A stretch of DNA of 64,000 bases, taken from assembly GCA_044343545.1 (NCBI GenBank), contig JAWBZR010000003.1, positions 10,320 to 74,319 on the forward strand, in the 5' to 3' direction. Below the pieces are notes generated by a model. It ran no database searches. It had not been told where the DNA came from and saw nothing but the letters and a program-made list of their open reading frames with translations. This document shows positions 1 to 9,901 of the stretch, piece by piece. Position numbers and translations under genes: made by a program. The stretch's first letter is position 1, and each line of letters begins with the position of its first letter. This stretch comes from Candidatus Aenigmatarchaeota archaeon. Its GTDB lineage: Archaea; Aenigmatarchaeota; Aenigmatarchaeia; CG10238-14.

Positions 1-27
1 TCAAGACCTCAAAGATCCACTGCGCAA

Positions 28-375
28 TTGATTGAAATGCAGTCAAAATATGATGCGGCTAAAAAAGCTGTTTTAGGTTTTTATTATACAAAAGTAACTG
101 GTGTGGAAGTTAGTTATGTTACTTTATTAGGTTATAGATTGATAAATGGAAATCCTTTTTACTTCGGGGAATATTATCCTTATGTTGATTGTGACAAGAT
201 GGTGGAGGAATATTTCACCGAACATTTTGCCAATAATTGGGGGTTCGAGCTAAAGGATATATATTTGGGATATAAAAAACCCTCAAGCAATTATCAAACA
301 ATAGAAATTTTAATACCGGTGCCTTCACAAAATAATAGAATAGAAAGAGGATATTTGTATGTCTGGTCAAGCTAG
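28..375 (+). CDS. hypothetical protein (Tyr/Gly-rich)
   Basis: Intact ORF from the track with no recognisable motif. It overlaps the start of the next ORF by 17 nt and may begin upstream of the window. Confidence 0.3.
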   Translation: MIEMQSKYDAAKKAVLGFYYTKVTGVEVSYVTLLGYRLINGNPFYFGEYYPYVDCDKMVEEYFTEHFANNWGFELKDIYLGYKKPSSNYQTIEILIPVPSQNNRIERGYLYVWSS

Positions 376-1585
376 CATCATTATCATAGTAGGCTTGGTG
401 GCAGCTTCTTTGATATTGTGGGTTGTCAACACATACACTCAATATTCAACCAAAACACGAGTTATTACATCCACTGAAGTTGATAAGATTTCGAGTTATA
501 TTGACATTATAAAAAGTTTTAGTAGAAATGCCTTGCAAATTTCCGCGCACAAATCTTTTATGTTTGATGCAAGTAGAGGAAGAACTTTCTATTGTAATGG
601 CCCTTCTCCACCAAGTATAAGAGTTATATTGCATGATGTTGAAATATTAACTAATAGAACATTCAATGAATATTTAAGCAAAGTTAGTTTCGATGATCCA
701 TTACTTGAATTAAACATAACACCATCTACCTGTATAAGTTTTGACATAAATGAGCAACGTTTAAATTCGCATAATTATGATGAAAAATTTAACGCAAGTG
801 AATTTGGAAGTGAAATTAGTATAAAGTATGGCGATAATTTCTTGATAGAAAGTAATGAAATAAAAGATGAAAGTATTGTGAGGAATAGGTTTTGGCTGAT
901 TTACAATGGTTTTAAGAGATGGGCTGAAGAGACACATGCTTTCGATAATATTTGTAATTGCCTTCAAGACCAAAGTATATGCGGATGTGGAAACATTCCA
1001 TGTAATGGTGATTGTAAAAGTTGTATGCCCCTATATTATTGCACAAAAGAAAGTATTATAAAAAGTATCGAAGAACTTGATGCTATATTTTCAAACGAGT
1101 ACATAGAATGTAAAGGTGAAATAGAAAATTGTGTTTTAAACGTTGAAGATAGTAGTTGTAGTGATACTGAAAGTTGCGGGGAATGGGTTAACGATGAATG
1201 TTTCTTCTGTGAATATGATGATGAAGAAAGTTTATGCTCAGATAGTTTATCATATGGTCTGGCAAGAGCGCAAGCAACTACAACAACTGTGACTCAATGG
1301 AGTTGTTTAGTAAGTAAAAAAACTATAAAATACAAGGCAAAAATCAGTTTCGTTTGCATAGATAAAAAATATGCTCTTCCCGTTGAAGCATCGCCAGAGG
1401 AGCAACAATTGAAGTATAAGATTACAGCATATTTTGCTAATGAAGCTTATGGTGTTTGTCCAAGTTATGTAATTACAACAAATCCGCCTCCAAATAATTG
1501 TGGATGTGCGGCTTCTGTTCCTGGACCTCCTGGACCTGGAGATGTTCCCCCTGGTCAACCCTTACCTCCTCCACCAAAAGGTTAA
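359..1585 (+). CDS. secreted/membrane-anchored Cys-rich protein with Pro-rich C-terminus
   Basis: N-terminal hydrophobic segment MSGQASIIIIVGLVAASLILWVV (signal anchor, possibly class III-like). Many Cys clusters (CGCGNIPCNGDCKSC; CSDTESCGEW..CFFC). C-terminus PGPPGPGDVPPGQPLPPPPKG. Confidence 0.45.
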   Translation: MSGQASIIIIVGLVAASLILWVVNTYTQYSTKTRVITSTEVDKISSYIDIIKSFSRNALQISAHKSFMFDASRGRTFYCNGPSPPSIRVILHDVEILTNRTFNEYLSKVSFDDPLLELNITPSTCISFDINEQRLNSHNYDEKFNASEFGSEISIKYGDNFLIESNEIKDESIVRNRFWLIYNGFKRWAEETHAFDNICNCLQDQSICGCGNIPCNGDCKSCMPLYYCTKESIIKSIEELDAIFSNEYIECKGEIENCVLNVEDSSCSDTESCGEWVNDECFFCEYDDEESLCSDSLSYGLARAQATTTTVTQWSCLVSKKTIKYKAKISFVCIDKKYALPVEASPEEQQLKYKITAYFANEAYGVCPSYVITTNPPPNNCGCAASVPGPPGPGDVPPGQPLPPPPKG

Positions 1586-1614
1586 TCTTTTATTAGGTTA
1601 TATAAATATTCAAT

Positions 1615-3714
1615 ATGCTAGTAGGCAAAATTATAGGCAAAACCTCTCCAGAAAGCTATAGTTTTGAAGTTACAGGTATAATTAGAAAAATGGATTTTGT
1701 AGCTACAAGAGACCCAGAAAAAAATTGGGTTTTGGGTAGAATAGATGATATAATACAGCAAGATACGCAAACTATTGCAACAGTTTCAGTAATAGGATAT
1801 GCAGACAAGGATGGAGTAAAGATGCCAAGAATGCCATTCAAGCCTAACACGTATGTTTATAAGGCAGACGACGGTTTGATAAAAAAAGTGTTAGGCTTAA
1901 AAAATTCTGGATTATATGTAGGTCTGCTAGATGGCTCGGAAAAGTTAAAAGTATATCTTGACCCTAAGTTGCTTATGACAAAACATTTAGCTATATTGGC
2001 AAAATCTGGTTTTGGAAAATCTTACCTGGCAGGTATTTTGCTTGAAGAATTCATGGAAAATGAGATTCCTGCAGTGGTTATAGATCCTCACGGTGAATAT
2101 TTAACTTTAAGAAACCCGAACAAAAAACAAGAAGAAATAAAATATATGCCTATGTTTGATGTTGAGCCGAAAGGTTATGCAAAAAATGTCGAAATATATT
2201 GTTTGGATAAAAATTTGACAGAAGGCTCGAGAAGATTGAAACTAAGAGGAAAATTGACGCATCAAGAAATTTTGGACATGCTTCCATTCAAACTATCTCC
2301 TACTCAGCTTAGCATCATTTATACAGCAGTGACGGAATCGGAAAAGCAAGAATATACTATTGATGAGCTTAAAAGGGAAGTTATGAAAAACAAATCTCCG
2401 TCAAAGTGGAGCGTGATTCCTGTATTAGATCTTATAAAATCTACTGGACTTTTTGACATTATTGGTTATGTTACGCCTCAAGACTTGGTTAAAAAAGGAA
2501 AAGTGAGCATAATCAACCTAAAGGGAATAGAGCCGGATATTCAGCAGCTGGTTGTCTACAAGCTTGCTAAGGATTTATTTCATGCAAGAAAGATGAATAG
2601 AATACCCCCTTTTATGTTTATAATAGAGGAAGCACATAATTTTGCTCCAGAAAGAAGTTTTGGCGAAGCGGTCTCGTCTCGTATAATAAGAACAATAGCA
2701 TCTGAAGGTAGAAAGTTTGGTATGGGTCTTTGTGTTATCACCCAAAGACCTGCAAGAATAGATAAAAATGTTTTATCTCAATGTACAACGCAAATATTTT
2801 TGAGGGTAACAAATCCTAATGATTTAAAATCCATAAGTGATTCTGTGGAAGGAATGACAAAAGGTTTAGAATCGCAAATTAAAATATTGCCTGTAGGAAC
2901 TGCATGCATAGTTGGTTTGATAGAGCAACCCTTACTTGTTAATGTAAGAATAAAGAGAAGCGAACATGGTGGTGCTCCTGCATCTTTGACAGAAAAATTC
3001 AAGGAACAAGAAGAGTCTGGCGATACATTATACTTCTATCCAAAATTTTTCGAAGAGGATGTGAAAAAGATTGTTTCAAAAGACATTGAAAGGATAAAAC
3101 TTGTGTATTATCCACTTTATTATCTGAAATGCAAGTTTAGAACAGACGAAGGAGATAAAGTGGACAACATCTTTGTTGACGGTTTTAGTGGAGAACTGGT
3201 TTATTTGAACAAAGGAATTTTGGAAAGAACTGAAGGGTTTAAAAAGCTACTTGATTTGGACACCAAACAGAAAGCTGTTTCAATATTTTTGACAAGTTAT
3301 GGAAGCACGGATTTTAATACCATCAGTAAAAGATTGAAAATAAGAGATGAAGAGTTAATGGAAATATTAGGGACGTTAAAGAAAAAAGGCATAGTATCCA
3401 TGGACGGCTTGTTGTTTAAAAGCAACATAAGGGTGAATTTTGAAGAAATTATTGAAAAACAAATATCCGAAGCGCCTCTATCTTACAAGTATGGTGGCGA
3501 GGTTTTGGAACCAAAAATCAAGAAAGATATCATTCCGAAAGTTTTGGATATATTCAATCCTGATGCTGTGGATAAGAAAACAGCTTTTTATCCTTTTTGG
3601 GTCCTCTCTTTAAGTGACGGGACTATCGAAGTCATAGATGCATTGACTGGAGAAAAAGAAGAATACTTGAAAAGCTTTGGAATATTAGAAAACCTAAAAT
3701 CTATGTTTGATTAA
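1615..3714 (+). CDS. herA: HerA-like (DUF87/FtsK-HerA superfamily) ATPase/helicase with ~250-aa C-terminal extension
   Basis: N-terminal barrel-like region MLVGKIIGKTSPESYSFEV. Walker A: LAILAKSGFGKSY. HerA-typical motifs VIDPHGEY and FIIEEAHNF, plus R-finger-like ITQRPARI. At 699 aa it is longer than canonical HerA (~500 aa). Confidence 0.7.
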   Translation: MLVGKIIGKTSPESYSFEVTGIIRKMDFVATRDPEKNWVLGRIDDIIQQDTQTIATVSVIGYADKDGVKMPRMPFKPNTYVYKADDGLIKKVLGLKNSGLYVGLLDGSEKLKVYLDPKLLMTKHLAILAKSGFGKSYLAGILLEEFMENEIPAVVIDPHGEYLTLRNPNKKQEEIKYMPMFDVEPKGYAKNVEIYCLDKNLTEGSRRLKLRGKLTHQEILDMLPFKLSPTQLSIIYTAVTESEKQEYTIDELKREVMKNKSPSKWSVIPVLDLIKSTGLFDIIGYVTPQDLVKKGKVSIINLKGIEPDIQQLVVYKLAKDLFHARKMNRIPPFMFIIEEAHNFAPERSFGEAVSSRIIRTIASEGRKFGMGLCVITQRPARIDKNVLSQCTTQIFLRVTNPNDLKSISDSVEGMTKGLESQIKILPVGTACIVGLIEQPLLVNVRIKRSEHGGAPASLTEKFKEQEESGDTLYFYPKFFEEDVKKIVSKDIERIKLVYYPLYYLKCKFRTDEGDKVDNIFVDGFSGELVYLNKGILERTEGFKKLLDLDTKQKAVSIFLTSYGSTDFNTISKRLKIRDEELMEILGTLKKKGIVSMDGLLFKSNIRVNFEEIIEKQISEAPLSYKYGGEVLEPKIKKDIIPKVLDIFNPDAVDKKTAFYPFWVLSLSDGTIEVIDALTGEKEEYLKSFGILENLKSMFD

Positions 3715-4006
3715 ATGGTAAAATATGAATCATAAAGATATAATCGATTTTTTGATTATAAAAAGCCAGGAGTTTCTCGAATACTTCAAAGATATCACCA
3801 TCATATTGATCTTTCGCTTTATGAAAACTTGACGTGGGAAAATATAATTTATTCTATAGTAAATTGTAGGATGAATGAATGTATTATATTAACTGAGAGT
3901 TGGGGGAGAAAATTATTTGAAGTTGAAGGTTATGACTTAGACCCGAATACACCTTGGCAAACTCATTGGTTATATGCGCCTGATGTGATGATTAACACGA
4001 CAAATA

Positions 4007-4594
4007 TTGAGGGTAAGAGAAGGTGTAAATTTTAGATTTGTTGATGGTATTAGAAATGCTAACTGGGACTATAATATTCCTCATAGAGGTTTTGGGGTAA
4101 TAGATCCTAGAACACATGTAGAGATACTTTATCCGTTTTTGTATTTAGTAGAAGGATGGAAATTATATGATTTGGCTACGAAAATGATAAAGATCACTTC
4201 AATAGCTGCAGACGTTACCGGCAAAGTGCCCTCTACTTCAGAAATAAAGTATCATACAGTGACTTTAAGAAACATCTCCTCTGATGTGAGAATCCAAACC
4301 TACTCCGATTGCACATGTAACTGGGGTAGATACGGTTTAAGGAGAAGGAGAGAAAGGTATAAAGGTGGTGAAAGATTAATGTGTAGACACGGTGTTGCGC
4401 TTTATCATTATTTGCAAGACAATAAAAAAGTCGATGCTTATTTACCTGTGCCGACAGGCATTCTAAATGTTTGGTTGACGTTAAAGCAAAGAGTAGTTAT
4501 AGGCGTGAGTAAAGTGACGAAAACACAGATGAATGCTTTGTTAGGTATGATAATAGCTTACATGGGTGTAGAAAAAGCTTTTTCTTTGGAATAA
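4007..4594 (+). CDS. hypothetical protein
   Basis: Intact 195-aa ORF downstream of herA with no recognisable motif. It shares a reading frame with a short upstream ORF that is interrupted by stops (see findings). Confidence 0.3.
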   Translation: MRVREGVNFRFVDGIRNANWDYNIPHRGFGVIDPRTHVEILYPFLYLVEGWKLYDLATKMIKITSIAADVTGKVPSTSEIKYHTVTLRNISSDVRIQTYSDCTCNWGRYGLRRRRERYKGGERLMCRHGVALYHYLQDNKKVDAYLPVPTGILNVWLTLKQRVVIGVSKVTKTQMNALLGMIIAYMGVEKAFSLE

Positions 4595-4632
4595 AAATTC
4601 TTTTTGTTTAAACTCTTAAACATCATTAAACT

Positions 4633-4642
4633 TTTATAAAAA
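4633..4642 (+). promoter_or_regulatory. TATA-box-like element upstream of adkA
   Basis: 'ttttataaaa' lies ~30 nt upstream of the adkA ATG at 4672. This spacing is typical of archaeal leaderless transcripts. Confidence 0.3.
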
Positions 4643-4671
4643 CAAAGATACAATTATTTATTCTGAAAGGT

Positions 4672-5268
4672 ATGAGAGTAATAGTTGCTGGTTTGAAGGG
4701 TTGCGGGAAAACAACAGTTTTAAAGTTTGTTTCACAAAAAAGACCTGACATAAAGATATTGAATGCCGGCGATTTCTTTGCCCAAGTCTTTCAAAAATAT
4801 GGACTGAAAAGGGATCAAGGAGATTTGGGTATTCCAAGAGAAAGATATGTGAAGATTCAAAAAGAAATTTTCAAAAACTTGGCAAGAGAAGCGAAAAAAC
4901 ATAAAAATGTTATAATTGATACTCACATTTTTTTGACAAAAAGAGAAGGTTATTACCCTGGCTTGCCTGAATTTGCAATGAAAGAACTCGATCCGGATGT
5001 TATTGTAGTTTTAGAATACGATCCGAAATTGATATTGAAAAGGAGAGAGAAAGATTTGAAAGAGTTAGGTAGAGAGAGAAGCGGTGAATTTAGTGTGGAA
5101 GGCATAGAATGGGAACAACAAGTACAAAGATATTTCGCTTTCGCTTCTGCCGCTTTCACAGCTTCTACAGTTAAAATAATAAAAAGATATGAAAGGGAGA
5201 AAAGAGAATTTGAGCATGCAGAAAAAAATGCAGAAGAAATATTAAAGTTATTTGATGAAAAAACTTGA
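4672..5268 (+). CDS. adkA: archaeal-type adenylate kinase
   Basis: P-loop MRVIVAGLKGCGKTTV. Archaeal AdkA-specific motifs IIDTHIF, GYYPGLP, LDPDVIVVLE and TVKIIKRY match the AdkA architecture. Confidence 0.8.
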   Translation: MRVIVAGLKGCGKTTVLKFVSQKRPDIKILNAGDFFAQVFQKYGLKRDQGDLGIPRERYVKIQKEIFKNLAREAKKHKNVIIDTHIFLTKREGYYPGLPEFAMKELDPDVIVVLEYDPKLILKRREKDLKELGRERSGEFSVEGIEWEQQVQRYFAFASAAFTASTVKIIKRYEREKREFEHAEKNAEEILKLFDEKT

Positions 5269-5381
5269 TTGGTTTTAAATTGTTGATAAAGTTATTTTCC
5301 TGAATATTCTAGGAATATAAGGAAGGTTTTTGAAATAAAAAATTTATAGGATTAAAACATTATTTCTGTTAGAGTAATTTT

Positions 5382-5500
5382 GCTGGAGTAGATCAGCGGT
5401 TAGATCGCCGCGCTCATAAGCTTTTAAGCTTAATGAGCTATGATATGATGATTAGAAAGGTGAACCGCGGAAGTCGGGAGTTCGAATCTCCCCTCCAGCA
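5382..5500 (+). tRNA. tRNA-CAT (elongator Met or Ile2) with ~46-nt intron after position 37
   Basis: Hand-folded cloverleaf. Acceptor gctggag/ctccagc; D stem gatc/gatc; anticodon stem ccgcg/cgcgg; loop ctCATaa; T arm gggag-ttcgaat-ctccc; discriminator A; no encoded CCA. A 46-nt insert (approx 5419-5464) separates the two halves of the anticodon stem at the canonical 37/38 site. G1:C72 argues against initiator tRNA. Confidence 0.8.
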
Positions 5501-5578
5501 CTTTATAAAACCTGTTGAGAAACATTAATCGATTATGGAAGAAAATTAAAAAATTGATTTTCTAAATTATTTTACAAA

Positions 5579-5651
5579 GCCTCAGTAGCTCAGTTGGTAG
5601 AGTACCTGCATGGTAAGCAGGTGGTCGCGGGTTCGATCCCCGCCTGAGGCT
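5579..5651 (+). tRNA. tRNA-Thr (GGT)
   Basis: Acceptor gcctcag/ctgaggc; D arm tagctcagttggtagagt; anticodon stem cctgc/gcagg with loop atGGTaa; T arm gcggg-ttcgatc-cccgc. Confidence 0.85.
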
Positions 5652-5820
5652 AGTCTTCTACCTTTGCTTGGTTTTGAATCAAAAAATTTATTAAATCATC
5701 ATAAGTCTGCAAACCATAAAGATTTCTATATTTATCTAGCAAACTTCTCATTTTTTCAAAAGTTACTTCGCTTATTTCCAAACTTATAGTCTTGTTAACA
5801 GTTTTAGGTTTCATATACAT
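5650..5820 (-). CDS. small hypothetical protein (56 aa), not in ORF track
   Basis: Minus-strand ORF MYMKPKTVNKTISLEISEVTFEKMRSLLDKYRNLYGLQTYDDLINFLIQNQAKVED. Its stop overlaps the 3' end of tRNA-Thr. Possible small RHH-like regulator; speculative. Confidence 0.2.
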   Translation of the reverse strand: MYMKPKTVNKTISLEISEVTFEKMRSLLDKYRNLYGLQTYDDLINFLIQNQAKVED

Positions 5821-5846
5821 TTAAAATTAAAAAAGAAAATTTAAAA

Positions 5847-8051
5847 TTAGCAACCGTGCGGTCCCATGCATCTTTCAGGTTTCTTGTTTCTCTTCTTGCC
5901 AAGCAAAGCAATTAACAGCAATAAAAGTAGCGGTAACAGCAATAAAAGCCATAATAGATTGAATTTGTTTTCAGCTTTTACTCTCATTGTTGAAGTTACC
6001 GAATATTTCGGAGACCCTTGAGCAGTAATTGTGAATTTGTATAAACCACTTGCATCGCATGGAACATTGACATCCACATACACCTTTCTGAATTCACCCG
6101 CGTCAAGCTCGATTGTGCTTGGGTAATTACTCAACCATTTAGCAGGTTCGCCTTCAAAACTTATTGTAAACATATCTTTTGCTTCGCCCACATTCTTGAC
6201 GATAAAGGAGATGTTTGTTTGTTGGCATTGTCTTACAACATATTCACTTTCAGCTCTCACTTGAGGATATCCCATCTTTATTGAAAATTCTCTTTCCAAC
6301 TCATCTGAAGCGTAGGGATTCCAGACGTTTACCTTTACCTTCATTATATCCGTATCTTCCGGAACTCTTATTACGAAGCTTACATCTCTCTCTTCGTTAG
6401 GTTTGAGCATTATTATGCCACCTGACATTGTTTTATTTAATGCATACAATCTTGTCTCTATATTAGGCTCTATATGCATTCCACAATTTCTTACTCTTAC
6501 TTTAAGAGTGGCTGTTTCACCTTCCTTTAACGGTTTTTCTGTCCACAAATCTTTAATTATCAAGCAATGCTCAGGTGTTGTCTTGAAATAGCTACTTTCA
6601 TCTATTATAAATCTTCTCATGGAAGTATCGCTTATTCCATCCAACCAAGCTGTTACTTCTATCGTATGCATTCCTTCTCCATATTTGTCTGCACTAAAGT
6701 AGAATTTGTATTCTTTTGTCTCTATGTGATAAAATCTCAAAGACGATTCTGTTAATACTTTGCCGTCTATCCTTACTTCAACATATACATTTTGTGGCAA
6801 AGAGGGTGCTTCTTTTAATGTGATAGGTACCTTACCTTCAACGAGATCAGAGGAGCGTGGATTTTCTGGATTTAGCCAGATAAATCCTACATCTATATCT
6901 TTTGGTTCAAAACATTTTATCACTCTTATAGCAGAATATCTCGTTTCACTATCTTTTGCACCTTCCACTACCACTTTAATGTCATGAGTTCCATAAGACA
7001 AGTCATAAGCATTATATTCATATTCTATTGAAAATGTTTTTCTTTCTCCAACATCTAATACATGAGTATCCTTGCCTATGTATATGTATCTCCCATCTTC
7101 TTTTATGTAGAATCTTGCCGTAACTTCTGTATCATCCCTACCAGCGACGAGTCTAACTGGGACAGAAATTTCTATGGTCGCGTCTCTTTCCCTGCATATG
7201 GTATATGGTGAAACTTCGATACTTCCCACACTTACATCTTCTGTGTCATAGCAAGATGGGGGGCAAATTGTTGTGGTTGTGCATGGTGGTTGAGGTACTT
7301 GTTTATTTCCAAACTTTACCTCTACTAGCAAGGGTGAATTTATCGTTACATACTGTGGATTTGAAGTAGTTGTTTGCCATCCATCAGGAACGTTTTCTCT
7401 AATGATGTAATAGCCGTAAGGCAAATTTGTCAACAAAGCATAACCGTCTGCATTCGTGTAAACCGTCGTAGTTATGGGGCCTATCACAGTAAAAGCAAAA
7501 CCTTGTAAGGGTTGTTCTCCATAATCCCATTGGCCGTTGCCGTTAGAATCGTAAAACTTGAAAATCTTTAAAGAGCCATATGGTAGTGTAGTTGTGGGTG
7601 GTGGTGTGGGAGTAGGTGGATTGCAATCAGCTGGGCTTTGTCTATCAGAAACCCAGACTATCCAATCTTTAGCTTCTCCTACACTATTCACTACATCTAT
7701 TTGTATAGTTGTGCATGGCTCAACATAGTTGGCAAGCGAAGCTGAAGACAAACCGAATTCGCCATAAATAAAGTTATAGCCTGGCAAATTTATGCACTCG
7801 TAATGAGGAGTGCCAGGTCTCATAGCAATACCTTTGCATTTATACACTGAAACTGTATAGCCTGAAGGTGCATAACAACTTCCTGAATATACATCACAAG
7901 TATTCACGCAATTAGGGTCATTTTCTGTACCTCCACAGACGTTTCTTATCCTTCCACCAAGTATAGGATAGTTTGGATCATATGCCAAGACTAAATTTAA
8001 TAGTAAGAGCAAAATGCTCAATAGTATTATTACTCTCTTCATAATGTTCAC
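5847..8051 (-). CDS. large cell-surface protein (signal peptide, Pro/Thr linker, C-terminal TM anchor + basic tail)
   Basis: N-terminal MNIMKRVIILLSILLLLLNLVLA. Linker PPTPTPPPTTT. C-terminus LLWLLLLLPLLLLLLIALLGKKRNKK (TM + Lys/Arg), the tripartite-like arrangement of sortase-type substrates. Confidence 0.6.
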   Translation of the reverse strand: MNIMKRVIILLSILLLLLNLVLAYDPNYPILGGRIRNVCGGTENDPNCVNTCDVYSGSCYAPSGYTVSVYKCKGIAMRPGTPHYECINLPGYNFIYGEFGLSSASLANYVEPCTTIQIDVVNSVGEAKDWIVWVSDRQSPADCNPPTPTPPPTTTLPYGSLKIFKFYDSNGNGQWDYGEQPLQGFAFTVIGPITTTVYTNADGYALLTNLPYGYYIIRENVPDGWQTTTSNPQYVTINSPLLVEVKFGNKQVPQPPCTTTTICPPSCYDTEDVSVGSIEVSPYTICRERDATIEISVPVRLVAGRDDTEVTARFYIKEDGRYIYIGKDTHVLDVGERKTFSIEYEYNAYDLSYGTHDIKVVVEGAKDSETRYSAIRVIKCFEPKDIDVGFIWLNPENPRSSDLVEGKVPITLKEAPSLPQNVYVEVRIDGKVLTESSLRFYHIETKEYKFYFSADKYGEGMHTIEVTAWLDGISDTSMRRFIIDESSYFKTTPEHCLIIKDLWTEKPLKEGETATLKVRVRNCGMHIEPNIETRLYALNKTMSGGIIMLKPNEERDVSFVIRVPEDTDIMKVKVNVWNPYASDELEREFSIKMGYPQVRAESEYVVRQCQQTNISFIVKNVGEAKDMFTISFEGEPAKWLSNYPSTIELDAGEFRKVYVDVNVPCDASGLYKFTITAQGSPKYSVTSTMRVKAENKFNLLWLLLLLPLLLLLLIALLGKKRNKKPERCMGPHGC

Positions 8052-8113
8052 TATTAAGTGATGGTAAAACTGATATTTAAATATTTCTATTTTATAGTAG
8101 TAAAATTAAAAAA

Positions 8114-8347
8114 TCACTTTATATTCAATGCTTCCTTTAGCTTTTTGACATCATATCCTATTATTACCTTCCCGTCCACTATTGTTACCGGCACGCCCAT
8201 TTGGCCCGTTTTCTCTATCATTTCCATAGCCCCTTCTGGATCCTTGTCAACATTCACTTCCCTAAACTTTATGTTATGTTCTTTTAGAAACTTTTTAGTC
8301 ATCTGACACCAAGGACACCATTCTGCCGAATACAAAACAACTTCCAT
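8114..8347 (-). CDS. glutaredoxin/NrdH-like thiol-disulfide oxidoreductase
   Basis: 77 aa with a CPWC active-site motif near the N-terminus (VLYSAEWCPWCQ) in a thioredoxin-fold pattern. Confidence 0.7.
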   Translation of the reverse strand: MEVVLYSAEWCPWCQMTKKFLKEHNIKFREVNVDKDPEGAMEMIEKTGQMGVPVTIVDGKVIIGYDVKKLKEALNIK

Positions 8348-8415
8348 GCCAAATCACCTCATAAATAGTTTACTTTGTAAACTATTTAAATCTATCTTTC
8401 GAAATTTATATATTT

Positions 8416-8709
8416 ATGGAAAAAATTTGTCCAATAATCGAATCCATAAAAATGATAGGAACTAAGCATAGACTAATAATAATAAGAATGTTAAAAGATG
8501 GGGAAAAAAGTTTTAACGAAATGAAAAAACTATGCAAAATGAGCTCAAAAACGTTGTCCATCAACTTGAAATATCTAGTTGAATGCGAAATAGTAAATAA
8601 AAGAAGTGAAGGGAACAAAAACATTTATTTTTTAACACAAAAAGGGAAAGAAATCACGCCAATTCTTGAAATGATAGGCGAATGGGGAAAAAAGTGGAAA
8701 ATTTGTTAA
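8416..8709 (+). CDS. HxlR-family winged-helix transcriptional regulator
   Basis: 97 aa starting MEKICPIIESIKMIGTKHRLIIIRML..GEKSFNEM, with the conserved N-terminal Cys-Pro typical of HxlR/MarR-like regulators. Divergent to the glutaredoxin gene. Confidence 0.6.
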   Translation: MEKICPIIESIKMIGTKHRLIIIRMLKDGEKSFNEMKKLCKMSSKTLSINLKYLVECEIVNKRSEGNKNIYFLTQKGKEITPILEMIGEWGKKWKIC

Positions 8710-8770
8710 AGTCGACTAAGATTTTAAACAACTCAACACTATTAAAATAATCGGCACGAAGTGAATCTTT

Positions 8771-9901
8771 ATGGAATACTGCTTTATATTAGGAAAAAAT
8801 TGGCTTCTCTCTCTTTCAGAAATAAACAATTATCTAAAAAATAGAAATCTCGATTTTGACATATTAGAGTTCAAAAAGGAATTTGCAATAATCTCTATTG
8901 ATAAACTACCAAAAAATATTATCGACGACCTTGGGGGAACAATAAAAATTTGCCAATACTTATCTGATGATTTAAATTTTTTTGAGAATTTGATTCAAGA
9001 AAAAATAAGGATCGGCATAAGCGTTTATCCTAAAAATAGAAAATTTTATGAAAACATAAAGAAGAGAATAAAAAGTTTGTTAAAGTCTCAAAAAATTAAA
9101 TATACATTTGTAACGCCAAAATATCGTGGAGAAACAAGCCTGAAACACATAGAAGTATTAAAGAAGTTATTGAAAAGAAATGGTAAAGAAATAGTTGTTT
9201 TGTTAAATGATAAGCCAAAATTCTTCCTAACTTTAATGGTTCATGACCCCCGTCAATTCATGATAAGAGATGTTTTGAGACCAAGACAGAGAGTTACATA
9301 TTCCATTCCACCACGGCTCGCAAAAATATTGATAAATCTTGTAGCCAAACCAGGTGATGTACTGCTCGATCCTTTTTGTGGTATTGGGACTATATTACAA
9401 GAAGCGTTGTTAATGAAAATAAAACCTATAGGAATTGATAAAGACGATGAATGCATAAAATATGCAAAGGAAAACATAGAATGGATAAAGAGAAAATATA
9501 TGATCGAAGGTGACGTAAAGTTAATAAACGGTGATGCCACTAGACTATCTGAATTTCTAGGCGAAAAAAGTATAGATTGTATAGCCACCGAACCATATTT
9601 GGGACCGCCATTAAAGAAAAGGCCTACAGTCTTTGAAGCTGAAAAGATTATCAAGGAGCTTGAGGAGCTCTATCTCAATTTCTTTTATGAAGCAAAGAAG
9701 GTTTTAAAACACCAAGGTAAAATGAGTGTTGTTTTTCCTAATTTTTTAACTAACGATGGAAAGGAAATAAAAATAGATATTGAGGATTTGTGCAAGCAAA
9801 GTGGCCTGAAACAAATCGAATTGCTGCGAAATGAAAAAACCATCATAGATGCAGATGAAAAACAAAGGACAAGAAGAGAAGTAGCGCTTTTTGAAAGGTG
9901 A
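8771..9901 (+). CDS. SAM-dependent RNA methyltransferase, Trm11/Trm-G10 (UPF0020)-like
   Basis: Motif I LDPFCGIGTILQEA (hallmark DPFCGxGT of THUMP-associated N2-guanine methyltransferases). Size is appropriate for archaeal Trm-G10. Confidence 0.55.
   Translation: MEYCFILGKNWLLSLSEINNYLKNRNLDFDILEFKKEFAIISIDKLPKNIIDDLGGTIKICQYLSDDLNFFENLIQEKIRIGISVYPKNRKFYENIKKRIKSLLKSQKIKYTFVTPKYRGETSLKHIEVLKKLLKRNGKEIVVLLNDKPKFFLTLMVHDPRQFMIRDVLRPRQRVTYSIPPRLAKILINLVAKPGDVLLDPFCGIGTILQEALLMKIKPIGIDKDDECIKYAKENIEWIKRKYMIEGDVKLINGDATRLSEFLGEKSIDCIATEPYLGPPLKKRPTVFEAEKIIKELEELYLNFFYEAKKVLKHQGKMSVVFPNFLTNDGKEIKIDIEDLCKQSGLKQIELLRNEKTIIDADEKQRTRREVALFER

Noticed and set aside
1656-3002. Minus-strand ORFs 1656-1850 and 2778-3002 inside herA
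   Set aside because: They are fully embedded antisense in a motif-supported CDS.
5847-8051. PGF-CTERM / PEF-CTERM archaeosortase signal on surface proteins
   Set aside because: The C-termini have TM + basic tails, but no PGF/PEF tripeptide is present. So a canonical ArtA-type signal cannot be claimed, and only a generic tripartite-like tail is noted.
9253-9654. 133-aa minus-strand ORF
   Set aside because: It is antisense to the methyltransferase CDS across its DPFCGIGT motif region.
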